DNA of 64,000 nucleotides from positions 1,178,001 through 1,242,000 of the forward strand of contig OZ024745.1 of assembly GCA_964016885.1 (NCBI GenBank), in the 5' to 3' direction. Within the stretch, counting starts at the first letter, position 1. Each line of letters begins with the position of its first letter. The position numbers and the translations under genes were made by a program. Below, piece by piece: positions 41,601-56,228 of this stretch. Origin of the DNA: Eledone cirrhosa (Eukaryota). The notes under the pieces were generated by a model. It did not search any database. It was not told the origin of the DNA and saw only the letters and a program-made list of their open reading frames with translations.

Positions 41601-44600
41601 ACTGATTGACACACTCAACTTAGCACTGATTGACACACTCAACTTAGCACTGATTGACACACTCCACTTAGCACCGATTGACACACTCAACTTAGCACCG
41701 ATTGACACACTCCACTTAGCAATGATTGACACACCCCACTCAGCACTGATTGACACACTCCACTTAGCACTGATTGACACACCCCACTCAACTCAGCACT
41801 GATTGACACACTCCACTTGGCACTAATTGACACACCCCATTCAGCACTGATTGACACACTCCACTTAACGCCGATTGACACACTCAACTTAGCACCGATT
41901 GACACACCCCACCCAGCACTGATTGACACACCCCACTCAACTCAGCACTGATTGACACACTCCACTTAACACCAATTGACACACTCCACTTAGCACCGAT
42001 TGACACACTCAACTTAGCACCGATTGACACACTCAACTTAGCACCGATTGACACACTCAACTTAGCACCGATTGACACACTCCACTTCACACTGATTGAC
42101 ACACTCCACTCAACACTAACTGACACACTCCACTTAGCACCAATTGACACACTCTACTCAGCACTGACTGACACACTCCACTTAGCACTGATTGATGTAC
42201 TCCACTTAGCACCAATTGACACACTCCACTTAGCACTGATTGACAAACTCCACTTAGCACTGATTGACAACACACTCCACTTAGCACCGATCGACACGCC
42301 CCACTTAGCACTGATTGACAGACTCCACTCAGCACTAACTGACAGACTCCACTCGGCACTAACTGACACTTTACACTTAGCACCGATTGACACACTCCAC
42401 TTAGCACCGATTGACACACTCCACTTAGCACCGATTGACAAACTCCACTTAGCACTAATTGACACACCCCACTTAACACCGATTGACAGACCCCACTCGG
42501 CACTAACTGACACACTCCACTTAGCACCGATTGACACACTCCACTTAGCACTGATTGACAGACTCCATTTAGCACCGATTGACACACTCCACTTAGCACT
42601 GACTGACACACTCCACTTAGCACAGATTGACAAACTCCACTTAGAACTGACTGACACACTCCACTTAGCACTGATTGACAGCCTCCACTTAGCACTGACT
42701 GACACACTCCACTTAGCACTGATTGACAGCCTCCACTTAGCACTGACTGACACACTCCACTTAGCACTGATTGACAGCCTCCACTTAGCACTGATTGACA
42801 GCCTCCACTTAGCACTGATTGACAGCCTCCACTTAGCACAGATTGACAAACTCCACTTAGCACTGATTGACAGCCTCCACTTAGCACTGACTGACACACT
42901 CCACTTAGCACTGATTGACAGCCTCCACTTAGCACAGATTGACAAACTCCACTTAGCACTGATTGACAGCCTCCACTTAGCACTGACTGACACACTCCAC
43001 TTAGCACTGATTGACAGCCTCCACTTAGAACTGATTGACACACTCCACTTAGCACTGACTGACACACTCCACTTAGCACTGATTGACAGCCTCCACTTAG
43101 CACAGATTGACAAACTCCACTTAGCACTGATTGACAGCCTCCACTTAGCACTGACTGACACACTCCACTTAGCACTGACTGACACACTCCACTTAGCACT
43201 GATTGACAGCCTCCACTTATCACTGATTGACAGCCTCCACTTAGCACTGACTGACACACTCCACTTAGCACTGATTGACAGCCTCCACTTAGCACTGATT
43301 GACAGCCTCCACTTAGCATAGATTGACAAACTCCACTTAGCACTGATTGACAGCCTCCACTTAGCACTGACTGACACACTCCACTTAGCACTGATTGACA
43401 GCCTCCACTTAGCACTGATTGACAGCCTCCACTTAGCACAGATTGACACACTCCACTTAGCACTGATTGACAGCCTCCACTTAGCACTGATTGACAGCCT
43501 CCACTTAGCACTGACTGACACACTCCACTTAGCACTGATTGACAGCCTCCACTTAGCACTGATTGACAGCCTCCACTTAGCACTGACTGACACACTCCAC
43601 TTAGCATGGATTGACAGCCTCCACCTAGCACTGATTGACAGCCTCCACTTAGCACTGACTGACACACTCCACTTAGCACTGATTGACAGCCTCCACTTAG
43701 CACTGATTGACAGCCTCCACTTAGCACTGACTGACACACTCCACTTAGCACTGATTGACAGCCTCCACTTAGCACTGATTGACAGCCTCCACTTAGCACT
43801 GACTGACACACTCCACTTAGCACTGATTGACAGCCTCCACTTAGCACTGATTGACAGCCTCCACTTAGCACTGACTGACACACTCCACTTAGCACTGATT
43901 GACAGCCTCCACTTAGCACTGATTGACAGCCTCCACTTAGCACAGATTGACAAACTCCACTTAGCACTGATTGACAGCCTCCACTTAGCACTAATTGACA
44001 GCCTCCACTTAGCACTGACTGACACACTCCACTTAGCACTGATTGACAACCTCCACTTAGCACTGATTGACAGCCTCCGCTTAGCACTGACTGACACACT
44101 CCACTTAGCACTGATTGACAGCCTCCACTTAGCACTGATTGACAGCCTCCACTTAGCACTGACTGACACACTCCACTTAGCACTGATTGACAGCCTCCAC
44201 TTAGCACTGATTGACAGCCTCCACTTAGCACAGATTGACAAACTCCACTTAGCACTGATTGACAGCCTCCACTTAGCACTGACTGACACACTCCACTTAG
44301 CACTGATTGACAGCCTCCACTTAGCACTGATTGACAGCCTCCACTTAGCACTGACTGACACACTCCACTTAGCACTGATTGACAGCCTCCACTTAGCACT
44401 GATTGACAGCCTCCACTTAGCACAGATTGACAAACTCCACTTAGCACTGATTGACAGCCTCCACTTAGCACTGATTGACAGCCTCCACTTAGCACTGACT
44501 GACACACTCCACTTAGCACTGATTGACAGCCTCCACTTAGCACAGATTGACAAACTCCACTTAGCACTGATTGACAGCCTCCACTTAGCACTGACTGACA

Positions 44601-47600
44601 CACTCCACTTAGCACTGATTGACAGCCTCCACTTACCACTGATTGACAGCCTCCACTTAGCACTGACTGACACACTCCACTTAGCACTGATTGACAGCCT
44701 CCACTTAGCACAGATTGACAAACTCCACTTAGCACTGATTGACAGCCTCCACTTAGCACTGACTGACACACTCCACTTAGCACTGATTGACAGCCTCCAC
44801 TTAGCACTGATTGACAGCCTCCACTTAGCACTGACTTACACACTCCACTTAGCACTGATTGACAGCCTCCACTTAGCACTGACTGACACACTCCACTTAG
44901 CACTGACTGACACACTCCACTTAGCACTGATTGACAGCCTCCACTTAGCACTGATTGACAGCCTCCACTTAGCACTGACTGACACACTCAACTTAGCACT
45001 GATTGACAGCCTCCACTTAGCACAGATTGACAAACTCCACTTAGCACTGATTGACAGCCTCCACTTAGCACTGATTGACAGCCTCCACTTAGCACTGACT
45101 GACACACTCCACTTAGCACTGATTGACAGCCTCCACTTAGCACTGATTGACAGCCTCCACTTAGCAGAGATTGACACACTCCACTTAGCACTGATTGACA
45201 GCCTCCACTTAGCACTGATTGACAGCCTCCACTTAGCACTGACTGACACACTCCACTTAGCACTGATTGACAGCCTCCACTTAGCACTGATTGACAGCCT
45301 CCACTTAGCACTGATTGACAGCCTCCACTTAGCACTGATTGACAGCCTCCACTTAGCACTGATTGACAGCCTCCACTTAGCACTGACTGACACACTCCAC
45401 TTAGCACTGATTGACAGCCTCGACTTAGCACTGATTGACAGCCTCCACTTAGCACTGACTGACACACTCCACTTAGCACTGATTGACAGCCTCCACTTAG
45501 CACTGATTGACAGCCTCCACTTAGCACTGACTGACACACTCCACTTAGCACTGATTGACAGCCTCGACTTAGCACTGATTGACAGCCTCCACTTAGCACT
45601 GACTGACACACTCCACTTAGCACTGATTGACAGCCTCCACTTAGCACTGATTGACAGCCTCCACTTAGCACTGATTGACAGCCTCCACTTAGCACTGACT
45701 GACACACTCCACTTAGCACTGATTGACACCCTCCACTTAGCACTGATTGACAGCCTCCACTTAGCACAGATTGACAAACTCCACTTAGCACTGATTGACA
45801 GCCTCCACTTAGCACTGACTGACACACTCCACTTAGCACTGATTGACAGCCTCCACTTAGCACTGATTGACAGCCTCCACTTAGCACTGACTGACACACT
45901 CCACTTAACACTGATTGACAGCCTCCACTTAGCACTGATTGACAGCCTGCACTTAGCACTGACTGACACACTCCACTTAGCACTGATTGACAGCCTCCAC
46001 TTAGCACTGATTGACAAACTCCACTTAGCACTGATTGACAGCCTCCACTTAGCACTAATTGACAGCCTCCACTTAGCACTGACTGACACACTCCACTTAG
46101 CACTGATTGACAGCCTCCACTTAGCACTGATTGACAGCCTCCACTTAGCACTGACTGACACACTCCACTTAGCACTGATTGACAGCCTCCACTTAGCACT
46201 GATTGACAGCCTCCACTTAGCACTGACTGACACACTCCACTTAGCACTGATTGACAGCCTCCACTTAGCACTGATTGACAGCCTCCACTTAGCACTGACT
46301 GACACACTCCACTTAGCACTGATTGACAGCCTCCACTTAGCACTGATTGACAGCCTCCACTTAGCACAGATTGACAAACTCCACTTAGCACTGATTGACA
46401 GCCTCCACTTAGCACTGACTGACACACTCCACTTAGCACTGATTGACAGCCTCCACTTAGCACTGATTGACAGCCTCCACTTAGCACAGATTGACAAACT
46501 CCACTTAGCACTGATTGACAGCCTCCACTTAGCACTGATTGACAGCCTCCACTTAGCACTGACTGACACACTCCACTTAGCACTGATTGACAGCCTCCAC
46601 TTAGCACAGATTGACAAACTCCACTTAGCACTGATTGACAGCCTCCACTTAGCACTGACTGACACACTCCACTTAGCACTGATTGACAGCCTCCACTTAC
46701 CACTGATTGACAGCCTCCACTTAGCACTGACTGACACACTCCACTTAGCACTGATTGACAGCCTCCACTTAGCACAGATTGACAATCTCCACTTAGCACT
46801 GATTGACAGCCTCCACTTAGCACTGACTGACACACTCCACTTAGCACTGATTGACAGCCTCCACTTAGCACTGATTGACAGCCTCCACTTAGCACTGACT
46901 TACACACTCCACTTAGCACTGATTGACAGCCTCCACTTAGCACTGACTGACACACTCCACTTAGCACTGACTGACACACTCCACTTAGCACTGATTGACA
47001 GCCTCCACTTAGCACTGATTGACACACTCAACTTAGCACTGATTGACAGCCTCCACTTAGCACTGATTGACAGCCTCCACTTAGCACAGATTGACAAACT
47101 CCACTTAGCACTGATTGACAGCCTCCACTTAGCACTGATTGACAGCCTCCACTTAGCACTGACTGACACACTCCACTTAGCACTGATTGACAGCCTCCAC
47201 TTAGCACTGATTGACAGCCTCCACTTAGCAGAGATTGACACACTCCACTTAGCACTGATTGACAGCCTCCACTTAGCACTGATTGACAGCCTCCACTTAG
47301 CATTGACTGACACACTCCACTTAGCACTGATTGACAGCCTCCACTTAGCACTGATTGACAGCCTCCACTTAGCACTGATTGACACACTCCACTTAGCACT
47401 GATTGACAGCCTCCACTTAGCACTGATTGACAGCCTCCACTTAGCACTGATTGACAGCCTCCACTTAGCACTGACTGACACACTCCACTTAGCACTGATT
47501 GACAGCCTCCACTTAGCACTGATTGACAGCCTCCACTTAGCACTGACTGACACACTCCACTTAGCACTGATTGACAGCCTCCACTTAGCACTGATTGACA

Positions 47601-50188
47601 GCCTCCACTTAGCACTGACTGACACACTCAACTTAGCACTGATTGACAGCCTCCACTTAGCACTGATTGACAGCCTCCACTTAGCACAGATTGACAAACT
47701 CCACTTAGCACTGATTGACAGCCTCCACTTAGCACTGATTGACAGCCTCCACTTAGCACTGACTGACACACTCCACTTAGCACTGATTGACAGCCTCCAC
47801 TTAGCACTGATTGACAGCCTCCACTTAGCAGAAATTGACACACTCCACTTAGCACTGATTGACAGCCTCCACTTAGCACTGATTGACAGCCTCCACTTAG
47901 CATTGACTGACACACTCCACTTAGCACTGATTGACAGCCTCCACTTAGCACTGATTGACAGCCTCCACTTAGCACTGATTGACACACTCCACTTAGCACT
48001 GATTGACAGCCTCCACTTAGCACTGATTGACAGCCTCCACTTAGCACTGATTGACAGCCTCCACTTAGCACTGACTGACACACTCCACTTAGCACTGATT
48101 GACAGCCTCCACTTAGCACTGATTGACAGCCTCCACTTAGCACTGACTGACACACTCCACTTAGCACTGATTGACAGCCTCCACTTAGCACTGATTGACA
48201 GCCTCCACTTAGCACTGACTGACACACTCCACTTAGCACTGATTGACAGCCTCCACTTAGCACTGATTAACAGCCTCCACTTAGCACTGATTGACAGCCT
48301 CCACTTAGCACTGACTGACACACTCCACTTAGCACTGATTGACAGCCTCCACTTAGCACTGACTGACACACTCCACTTAGAACTGATTGACAGCCTCCAC
48401 TTAGCACTGATTGACAGCCTCCACTTAGCAGAGATTGACACACTCCACTTAGCACTGATTGACAGCCTCCACTTAGCACTGATTGACAGCCTCCACTTAG
48501 CACAGATTGACAAACTCCACTTAGCACTGATTGACAGCCTCCACTTAGCACTGATTGACAGCCTCCACTTAGCACTGACTGACACACTCCACTTAGCACT
48601 GATTGACAGCCTCCACTTAGCACTGACTGACACACTCCACTTAGCACTGATTGACAGCCTCCACTTAGCACTGACTGACACACTCCACTTAGCACTGATT
48701 GACAGCCTCCATTTAGCACTGATTGACAGCCTCCACTTAGCACAGATTGACAAACTCCACTTAGCACTGATTGACAGCCTCCACTTAGCACTGATTGACA
48801 GCCTCCACTTAGCACTGACTGACACACCCCACTTAGCACTGATTGACAGCCTCCACTTAGCACAGATTGACAAACTCCACTTAGCACTGATTGACAGCCT
48901 CCACTTAGCACTGACTGACACACTCCACTTAGCACTGATTGACAGCCTCCACTTAGCACTGATTGACAGCCTCCACTTAGCACTGACTTACACACTCCAC
49001 TTAGCACTGATTGACAGCCTCCACTTAGCACTGACTGACACACTCCACTTAGCACTGACTGACACACTCCACTTAGCACTGATTGACAGCCTCCACTTAG
49101 CACTGACTGACACACTCAACTTAGCACAGATTGACAAACTCCACTTAGCACTGATTGACAGCCTCCACTTAGCACTGATTGACAGCCTCCACTTAGCACT
49201 GACTGACACACTCCACTTAGCACTGATTGACAGCCTCCACTTAGCACTGATTGACAGCCTCCACTTAGCAGAGATTGACACACTCCACTTAGCACTGATT
49301 GACAGCCTCCACTTAGCACTGATTGACAGCCTCCACTTAGCACTGACTGACACACTCCACTTAGCACTGATTGACAGCCTCCACTTAGCACTGATTGACA
49401 GCCTCCACTTAGCACTGACTGACACACTCCACTTAGCACTGATTGACAGCCTCCACTTAGCACTGATTGACAGCCTCCACTTAGCACTGACTGACACACT
49501 CCACTTAGCACTGATTGACAGCCTCCACTTAGCACTGATTGACAGCCTCCACTTAGCACTGACTGACACACTCCACTTAGCACTGATTGACAGCCTCCAC
49601 TTAGCACTGATTGACAGCCTCCACTTAGCACTGACTGACACACTCCACTTAGCACTGATTGACACACTTCACTTAGCACAGATTGACAGCCTCCACTTAG
49701 CACTGATTGACAGCCTCCACTTAGCACTGACTGACACACTCCACTTAGCACTGATTGACACACTTCACTTAGCACAGATTGACAGCCTCCACTTAGCACT
49801 GATTGACAGCCTCCACTTAGCACTGACTGACACACTCCACTTAGCACTGATTGACACACTCCACTTTAGCACTGATTGACACACTCCACTTAGCACAGAT
49901 TGACAGCCTCCACTTAGCACTGATTGACAGCCTCCACTTAGCACTGATTGACACACTCCACTTAGCACTGATTGACACACTCCACTTAGCACAGATTGAC
50001 AGCCTCCACTTAGCACTGATTGACAGCCTCTACTTAGCACTGATTGACAGCCTCCACTTAGCACTGATTGACAGCCTCCACTTAGCACTGATTGACAGCC
50101 TCCACTTAGCACAGACTGACAGCCTCCACTTAGCACTGATTGACAGCCTCCACTTAGCACAGATTGACAGCCTCCACTTAGCACAGAT
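38616..50188. repeat. 24-bp tandem satellite (~480 units), consensus CCACTTAGCACTGATTGACA(CA/GC)CT
   Basis: 24-bp periodicity with three sub-domains and higher-order repeats. Confidence 0.99.
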
Positions 50189-50223
50189 AAAGTCTTTTTA
50201 GATTTTGGAATTTGAATGTTAGT

Positions 50224-50755
50224 AACATCAATGTTGTTTGACTATGAAAAATAATCTAATAAGTTGGGCATACAAACCCTGGAGATAGGAAAAAATTGTA
50301 CAGCACCACCTATGGGTCACAAACCTATACCTAGCACCACCTATGGGACACAAACCTATACCTAGCACCACCTGTGGGACACAAACCTATACCTAGCACC
50401 ACCTGTGGGACACAAACCTATACCTAGCACCACCTGTGGGACACAAACCTATACCTAGCACCACCTATGGGACACAAACCTATACCTAGTACCACCTGTG
50501 GGACACAAACCTATACCTAGCACCACCTATGGGACACAAACCTATACCTAGCACCACCTATGGGTCACAAACCTATACCTAGCACCACCTGTGGGTCACA
50601 AACCTATACCTAGCACCACCTGTGGGACACAAACCTATACCTAGCACCACCTGTGGGACACAAACCTATACCTGTAATACACTGGTTCACCATTTTCCAG
50701 GGTTTATATGTCCAACCTATTAAACTATTTTTTATAGCCAAACAACATTGATGTT
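50224..50755. mobile_element. Foldback/MITE-like element with ~60-bp imperfect terminal inverted repeats
   Basis: aacatcaatgttgtttgactatg...aaaccctgga (50224-50283) is the imperfect reverse complement of tccagggttt...aaacaacattgatgtt (50696-50755). Confidence 0.7.
50302..50673. repeat. 31-bp minisatellite (12 copies) inside the foldback element
   Basis: Unit agcaccacct(a/g)tggg(a/t)cacaaacctatacct. Confidence 0.97.
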
Positions 50756-51212
50756 TCTGTTTTTCAAATTTGAAAAAACTTCCTATCACTCAAAGGTTCT
50801 AAAAGTAGATCAATTCTTTATATTTTAATTCACTTGATTTAATAACAGCAAAACTTTAAAAATGATAGGATAGCCATAAAGTATTGATTGAACAGTAAAG
50901 TTCAAACAAAAAAAAACATGACAATATTTATTTATGTTTATATTATTTACTTAAGTTTTATTTCAATGGGAACACATGTGCAGCAAACATATGTTCAATA
51001 GTGTTAAAAGTAAAGAAAAAATGTTTGTTTCTTCAATGATATCTTGTAATTATACATAGACAGGTAAAGTTTGATATTTGAAAAGTCCACAGATATATTT
51101 TCAATTATGTATTATCTGCATGTTAACAAAAGAAGACTATATTTTCTAATCTGTATATATATAAATGGAGAAGGAAGAGCTGGCTGGAATTGATAATGTC
51201 CATCTGTGTATT

Positions 51213-52097
51213 GATTTTACTGCTGTGGTACCATGATAAATTCTAATTGAGACTGTCACCAGATTTTACTGCTGTGGTACCATGATAAATTGTAATTGAG
51301 ACTGTCATAAGATTTTACTGCTGTGGTACCATGATAAATTGTAATTGAGACTGTCATAAGATTTTACTGCTGTGGTACCATGATAAATTGTAATTGAGAC
51401 TGTCATAAGATTTTACTACTGTAGTACCATGTTAAATTGTAATTGAGACTGTCATCAGATTTTACTGCTGTGGTACCATGATAAATTGTAATTGAGACTG
51501 TCATAAGATTTTACTACTGTAGTACCATGTTAAATTGTAATTGAGACTGTCATCAGATTTTACTGCTGTGGTACCATGATAAATTGTAATTGAGACTGTC
51601 ATAAGATTTTACTACTGTAGTACCATGTTAAATTGTAATTGAGACTGTCATCAGATTTTACTGCTGTGGTACCATGATAAATTGTAATTGAGACTGTCAT
51701 CAGATTTTACTACTGTGGTACCATGTTAAATTGTAATTGAGACTCATAAGATTTTACTACTGTAGTACCATGTTAAATTGTAATTGAGACTGTCATAAGA
51801 TTTTACTGCTGTGGTACCATGATAAATTGTAATTGAGACTGTCATAAGATTTTACTACTGTAGTACCATGTTAAATTGTAATTGAGACTGTCATCAGATT
51901 TTACTGCTGTGGTACCATGATAAATTGTAATTGAGACTGTCATCAGATTTTACTACTGTGGTACCATGTTAAATTGTAATTGAGACTGTCATAAGATTTT
52001 ACTACTGTGGTACCATGTTAAATTGTAATTGAGACTGTCATAAGATTTTACTGCTGTGGTACCATGTTAAATTGTAATTGAGACTGTCATCAGATTT
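51213..52097. repeat. 49-bp minisatellite (~18 copies)
   Basis: Unit gattttactgctgtggtaccatgataaattgtaattgagactgtcataa. Confidence 0.97.
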
Positions 52098-52452
52098 CAG
52101 GCCTCAGTTAGAATCAGTTACTTTGTTAGTATCATAGGCAAAGGTATTAAAGTCAAAAGCTCTCATTTGTACTTATACAACAAATGCCTTGTGAGTGAAA
52201 TTGGTAGACGGAAAGTCTTAGTGTTGAAGTTTTCCCCGATAATATTTCAGTGCGTTTGAAGTAAAAGTTTTTCTCTAATATCTCCTTTCAAACTGAGATA
52301 ACATTGGTTGATGACGCAAGCATGCTGTCAAATTATCAGCTGCTCTCCAATAGGTTTGTTGTTAAACCTGTAGCAATGGAGACTTGCAGTGTTGTTGGTC
52401 ACCAGATTACTTCCCTACTCACTACAATTATGACGGAATTAGCCACCTGCAG

Positions 52453-52545
52453 GAGTAAACCACACCAATTTGAATGGCTATTACATGTTTCCTTCATCAT
52501 CCTCTGGTGCAACACTTAATTCATTCTGTTCACTAGGACCACAAG
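52453..52545 (+). CDS. Candidate 93-nt symmetric (phase 1) exon, VNHTNLNGYYMFPSSSSGATLNSFCSLGPQ
   Basis: Strong donor CAAG|gtgagc; cctgcag acceptor with weak pyrimidine tract; open frame. Confidence 0.4.
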
Positions 52546-52655
52546 GTGAGCAGCACCTGAAATCCTGCACGTCAGAGAGCAGCCCACCCACCCCCAACGT
52601 AGCAATTTTGAGATTTAAGGGAACAAGACAATGCAGAATAATTATCATTATGTAC

Positions 52656-52846
52656 GGCAGTGGATTGGCAGTATCGGTAGAGGGTCGGACACCATGCTTT
52701 GACGCACAGAGTTATGGCCCTTGCGATTCTGAGTTCAAATCCCGCCGAGGGTAACTTTGCCTTTCATCCTTACAGGGTCGATAACATAAAGTACCAGTAA
52801 TGCACTGGGGTAATTGCTGGCCTTGTGCCAAAAGTAGAAACAATTA
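52656..52846 (+). mobile_element. tRNA-derived SINE
   Basis: A-box tggcagtatcgg, B-box gagttcaaatcc; close copy of 20047-20231. Confidence 0.85.
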
Positions 52847-52958
52847 TATATATATTTATAAATAATCTTATACTGGTGGATAACATTTAACTTAGTAGAG
52901 ACCATTGGTAGATGGAACTAAATATGACAAATCATTTAATTTGGTATATCAGTATTTA

Positions 52959-53442
52959 TCTTTCTATATAAAATTATTTGTCTCTCTGTCTGTCTGTCTG
53001 TCTGTTTCCTATGTATTCTCAAATGGCTCGACCAAATCAAATCAAATTTTACAACATAATAGTATTAGACCCTGGGATTGTCAACATATAATTTTTATTT
53101 TCATTTCGATTAAAACAATATAACATTTTATCCAAAATAATCTTTCTATAGTCAACTAAAGGACATTTTATACCACCACCACGACATCACATTTTGTATA
53201 TGAGTGTGTATGTGTCTGTGAGTGTGTGTGTTTGTGCATTTGTTACATACGTTAGGCCTTAGAGAATTAAACATGAATTAAACACACACACGCATCTACA
53301 CATACATATACATATGTGCTGACTGACATGTATATGTATGTGAGAGTGTATGTGTGTGTGAGTATACATACATTTCTGTGACGACTGACATAACGAATGC
53401 ACACACACACATCTAAAGAGAGAGAGAGAGACACAGAAGGAG

Positions 53443-53473
<31 letters not shown>

Positions 53474-54026
53474 TAGGCCATTATACAGAGAGAGATACAA
53501 TCACAAACAATTCTTCAAGGCAGAATTAACTGGTTAAGAACTACGTTTTCATACGATCCACCGAAGAATCATAGAAATGATCGTAAAGTCGTAATTGGTA
53601 GCATGGATATTACACTTGGCATATGTTGCTTAGGAGGAAATGTCAGACTTCCACTGATAGGGGACCCTCCAGCTTTTATCCATATACTACTTACAGGCCG
53701 TACTAATGAAGCTAAACACTTCAGAAGCAAGGTTATGTGGTATATTGCTGTGTTTCAGATAACGTCCTTTGGAGCTGAAAAAGATCACACTGACTATGGT
53801 TATTTCACATTTAAAATCCAAGGCCAATACTACCATTTAATCAGTAGTTTACTCACCCAGCCTAATAAGGAAGTTTTATGATTTTTTTTTTAGTCTCTCT
53901 CTCATACACACACATTACGGTCTCACCTCATACTGTAAACCAGACAACACATCCAATACAGTCGTTTTCTCTTTTATCTGTCTTCTCTTAACTGTTCTCC
54001 CGGGTGAATCCAGGTACCTCAGCTAG
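52959..54026 (+). mobile_element. Non-autonomous Helitron carrying an N-terminal RepHel fragment
   Basis: A|TCTTTCTATATAAAA start, CTAG|T end after cc.gggtgaatcc.gg hairpin; ORF 53603-53881 has CC..G.V.LP..PP, FQITSFGA and FKIQGQYYH motifs. Confidence 0.85.
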
Positions 54027-54221
54027 TGTCTTATAAAATAGCTATACATTTATATATTTTAACATAACCTTACATTTATATATATTTAACCTATCTATAC
54101 ATTTATATATTTTGATATAGCTATACATTTATATATTTTGATATATAGATCTATATATATGTGTAGACATAGCTATACATATATATATATAACATAGCTA
54201 TACATATATATTTTAACACAG

Positions 54222-54259
<38 letters not shown>

Positions 54260-54443
54260 TTCTATTCTAACATAGTTCTGGAATTACTTTTCTGTTCTAT
54301 CATAAGTTGAAAAGTTCCAAAAATTTACATATTTTAATGAATTAGGAATGTTAAACTAATCTTTAAACACTTTGGACATGTTTGTTTTATATATTAGTTA
54401 TGTATTATATATTAATGTATTATATATTATGTATTATATATTA

Positions 54444-55816
54444 CTAGCTGGCCTGTCCGGCTGGCGCCCGGCTAGGTATACCGGCATTTTATCTTTTCAG
54501 GAATCCCCCCTACACTCTAGTGCAAAGATACTGCACACCCTCTCAAGTCAGCAAGGGGGAGGGGGTGTTAATGTGCTCTGATGTTGGGTTTTAATAGTTT
54601 TTAGGATTCCCCAGTTCAGTAGCCAGTACGCTAAAGAAAATTGAAAGTTACAACAATAAAGGCTGAACAGAGAACAAATTTTTTAGAAACAATAATTTGT
54701 ACAACCATAATGGAAATTCCAAGTAACAGAAAATATTTAAATTACATTGTTAGAGCCTCAGAGTATACAATATATTTTGTTCGGCCATCCGGAGCAAAGA
54801 TGAAGTGATTGTTTGGTGAGCTCACCCTAGAGCATCCTACATACAATTGACTATGGGAGAATCACTGATCGTAGCTCGTCTCGCAGAAAAGCTCTGTAGA
54901 CATTGACCTCTGGACACTCCTGTCAGGAGCAGCTAAGCTGTAGTGACTTAGAGGCCTACCACCAATCTCCAGGACACTGTTTTCAAGACAAATGAGTGCC
55001 TCATTGAAAACGACATCGTATGTTACGTTCGGATTGTGTCTGCGTGTGCGGTGGAGGATGTCCTCAGCTAGACTTTCACGGTGGTTGTTCCACAGTGCGA
55101 GAGGGTCGGGGAGATCGCAGTTGTGCAGCATAATAGCAAAAAGTTTTCGCAGCTGAGAAGGAACTTTAGCAGCTGCTGCTTCTTGCAGGGTGAGGTGCCA
55201 ATGGCTGTCATCGTGTAACATACCATGCATCTGGCAAGCCAAACAGTAAGTGGAACATTGATGGCCATTGATGGTTCTCAGATCTTGGAAAGACTGTGGT
55301 CCTCTAACCTCGAACAGTAACAATGACGATAAGCCGTCTGTGCTTTCATGAAATAAATAGGTTTTTGTTTTTGTGTATGCAAAAATATCTGTACGCGAAT
55401 ATATATATATTAAAATAACAGATTAAAGTGTAAGCAAAGAATCGCTGCTTTCACCTTTAACGGGATCTTCTGAAACTTAAAAACTCAGTCTGTGAACGCA
55501 GAAGTAAATATTTTGAAAAACGTTATCTAATGCACACAGCCAGACATATGGACTAAGAAAAAGAGGGGAATGTTGTACGACGTCATAAAAAAGAATGAGT
55601 AATGACGTATAACCGGAAGTGTTGACATTTGAAATGTTAAAGAAGTGAATAATTAAATAATGTCTTTAATCTTTTAACAAAATTCAGTAGACAAAAATAC
55701 TCTCACGTTTTTACTTGGAAAAAGTTACATCTATGGTGCAAATCTGGTGCTGTTTGGTCCAGCCGATTGGCGGAAAGTTTGTTACTTACATACGGCCGTC
55801 AGCTTTATAGTATAGA
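54444..55816 (-). mobile_element. Internally deleted Helitron with RepHel remnants
   Basis: Minus strand A|TCTATACTATAAAG 5' end, ccgg hairpin and CTAG|T 3' end; removing it restores the minisatellite; ORF 54862-55323 (VRGPQSFQDLRT...QLRKLFAIML..P.ALW) and PIF1 C-terminal motif FSHSQLYVGCSRV...TKNIVYSEAL at ~54755-54862. Confidence 0.93.
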
Positions 55817-55912
55817 TGTATTATATATTATGTATTATATATTAGTTATGTATTATATATTAATATATTATATATTATGTATTATATATTAATGTATTAT
55901 ATATTATGTATT

Positions 55913-56228
55913 ATCATCATCATCATCATCATCAGGTTTAGCGTCCGTGTTCCACGCTTGCATGGGTTTGGACGTGGGTTTTCCCACTTGAGGCAAGAGT
56001 GGTTGTCTTGTTCGCATAGGACTGTCTGGCGGGTTTTCTACAGTTGGATGCCCTTCCTAACACCAACCACATTTACAGTGTGGGGCTGGGAGGTTTTTAC
56101 CGTGTTGCCTACACGGCCACATTACAGCGTGGACTGTCTGGCGGGTTTTCTACAGCTGGATGCCCTTCCTAACACCAACCACATTTACAGTGTGGGGCTG
56201 GGAGGTTTTTACCGTGTTGCCTACACGG
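55913..56228 (-). mobile_element. SINE / RTE-tail fragment with internal ~110-bp duplication
   Basis: (CAT)n tail; ggatgcccttcctaacacc core present twice. Confidence 0.75.

Noticed and set aside
38509-50201. ORFs of up to 966 aa in the 24-bp array as real genes
   Set aside because: They are open on both strands only because the 8-codon unit lacks stops; there are no unique domains or gene context.
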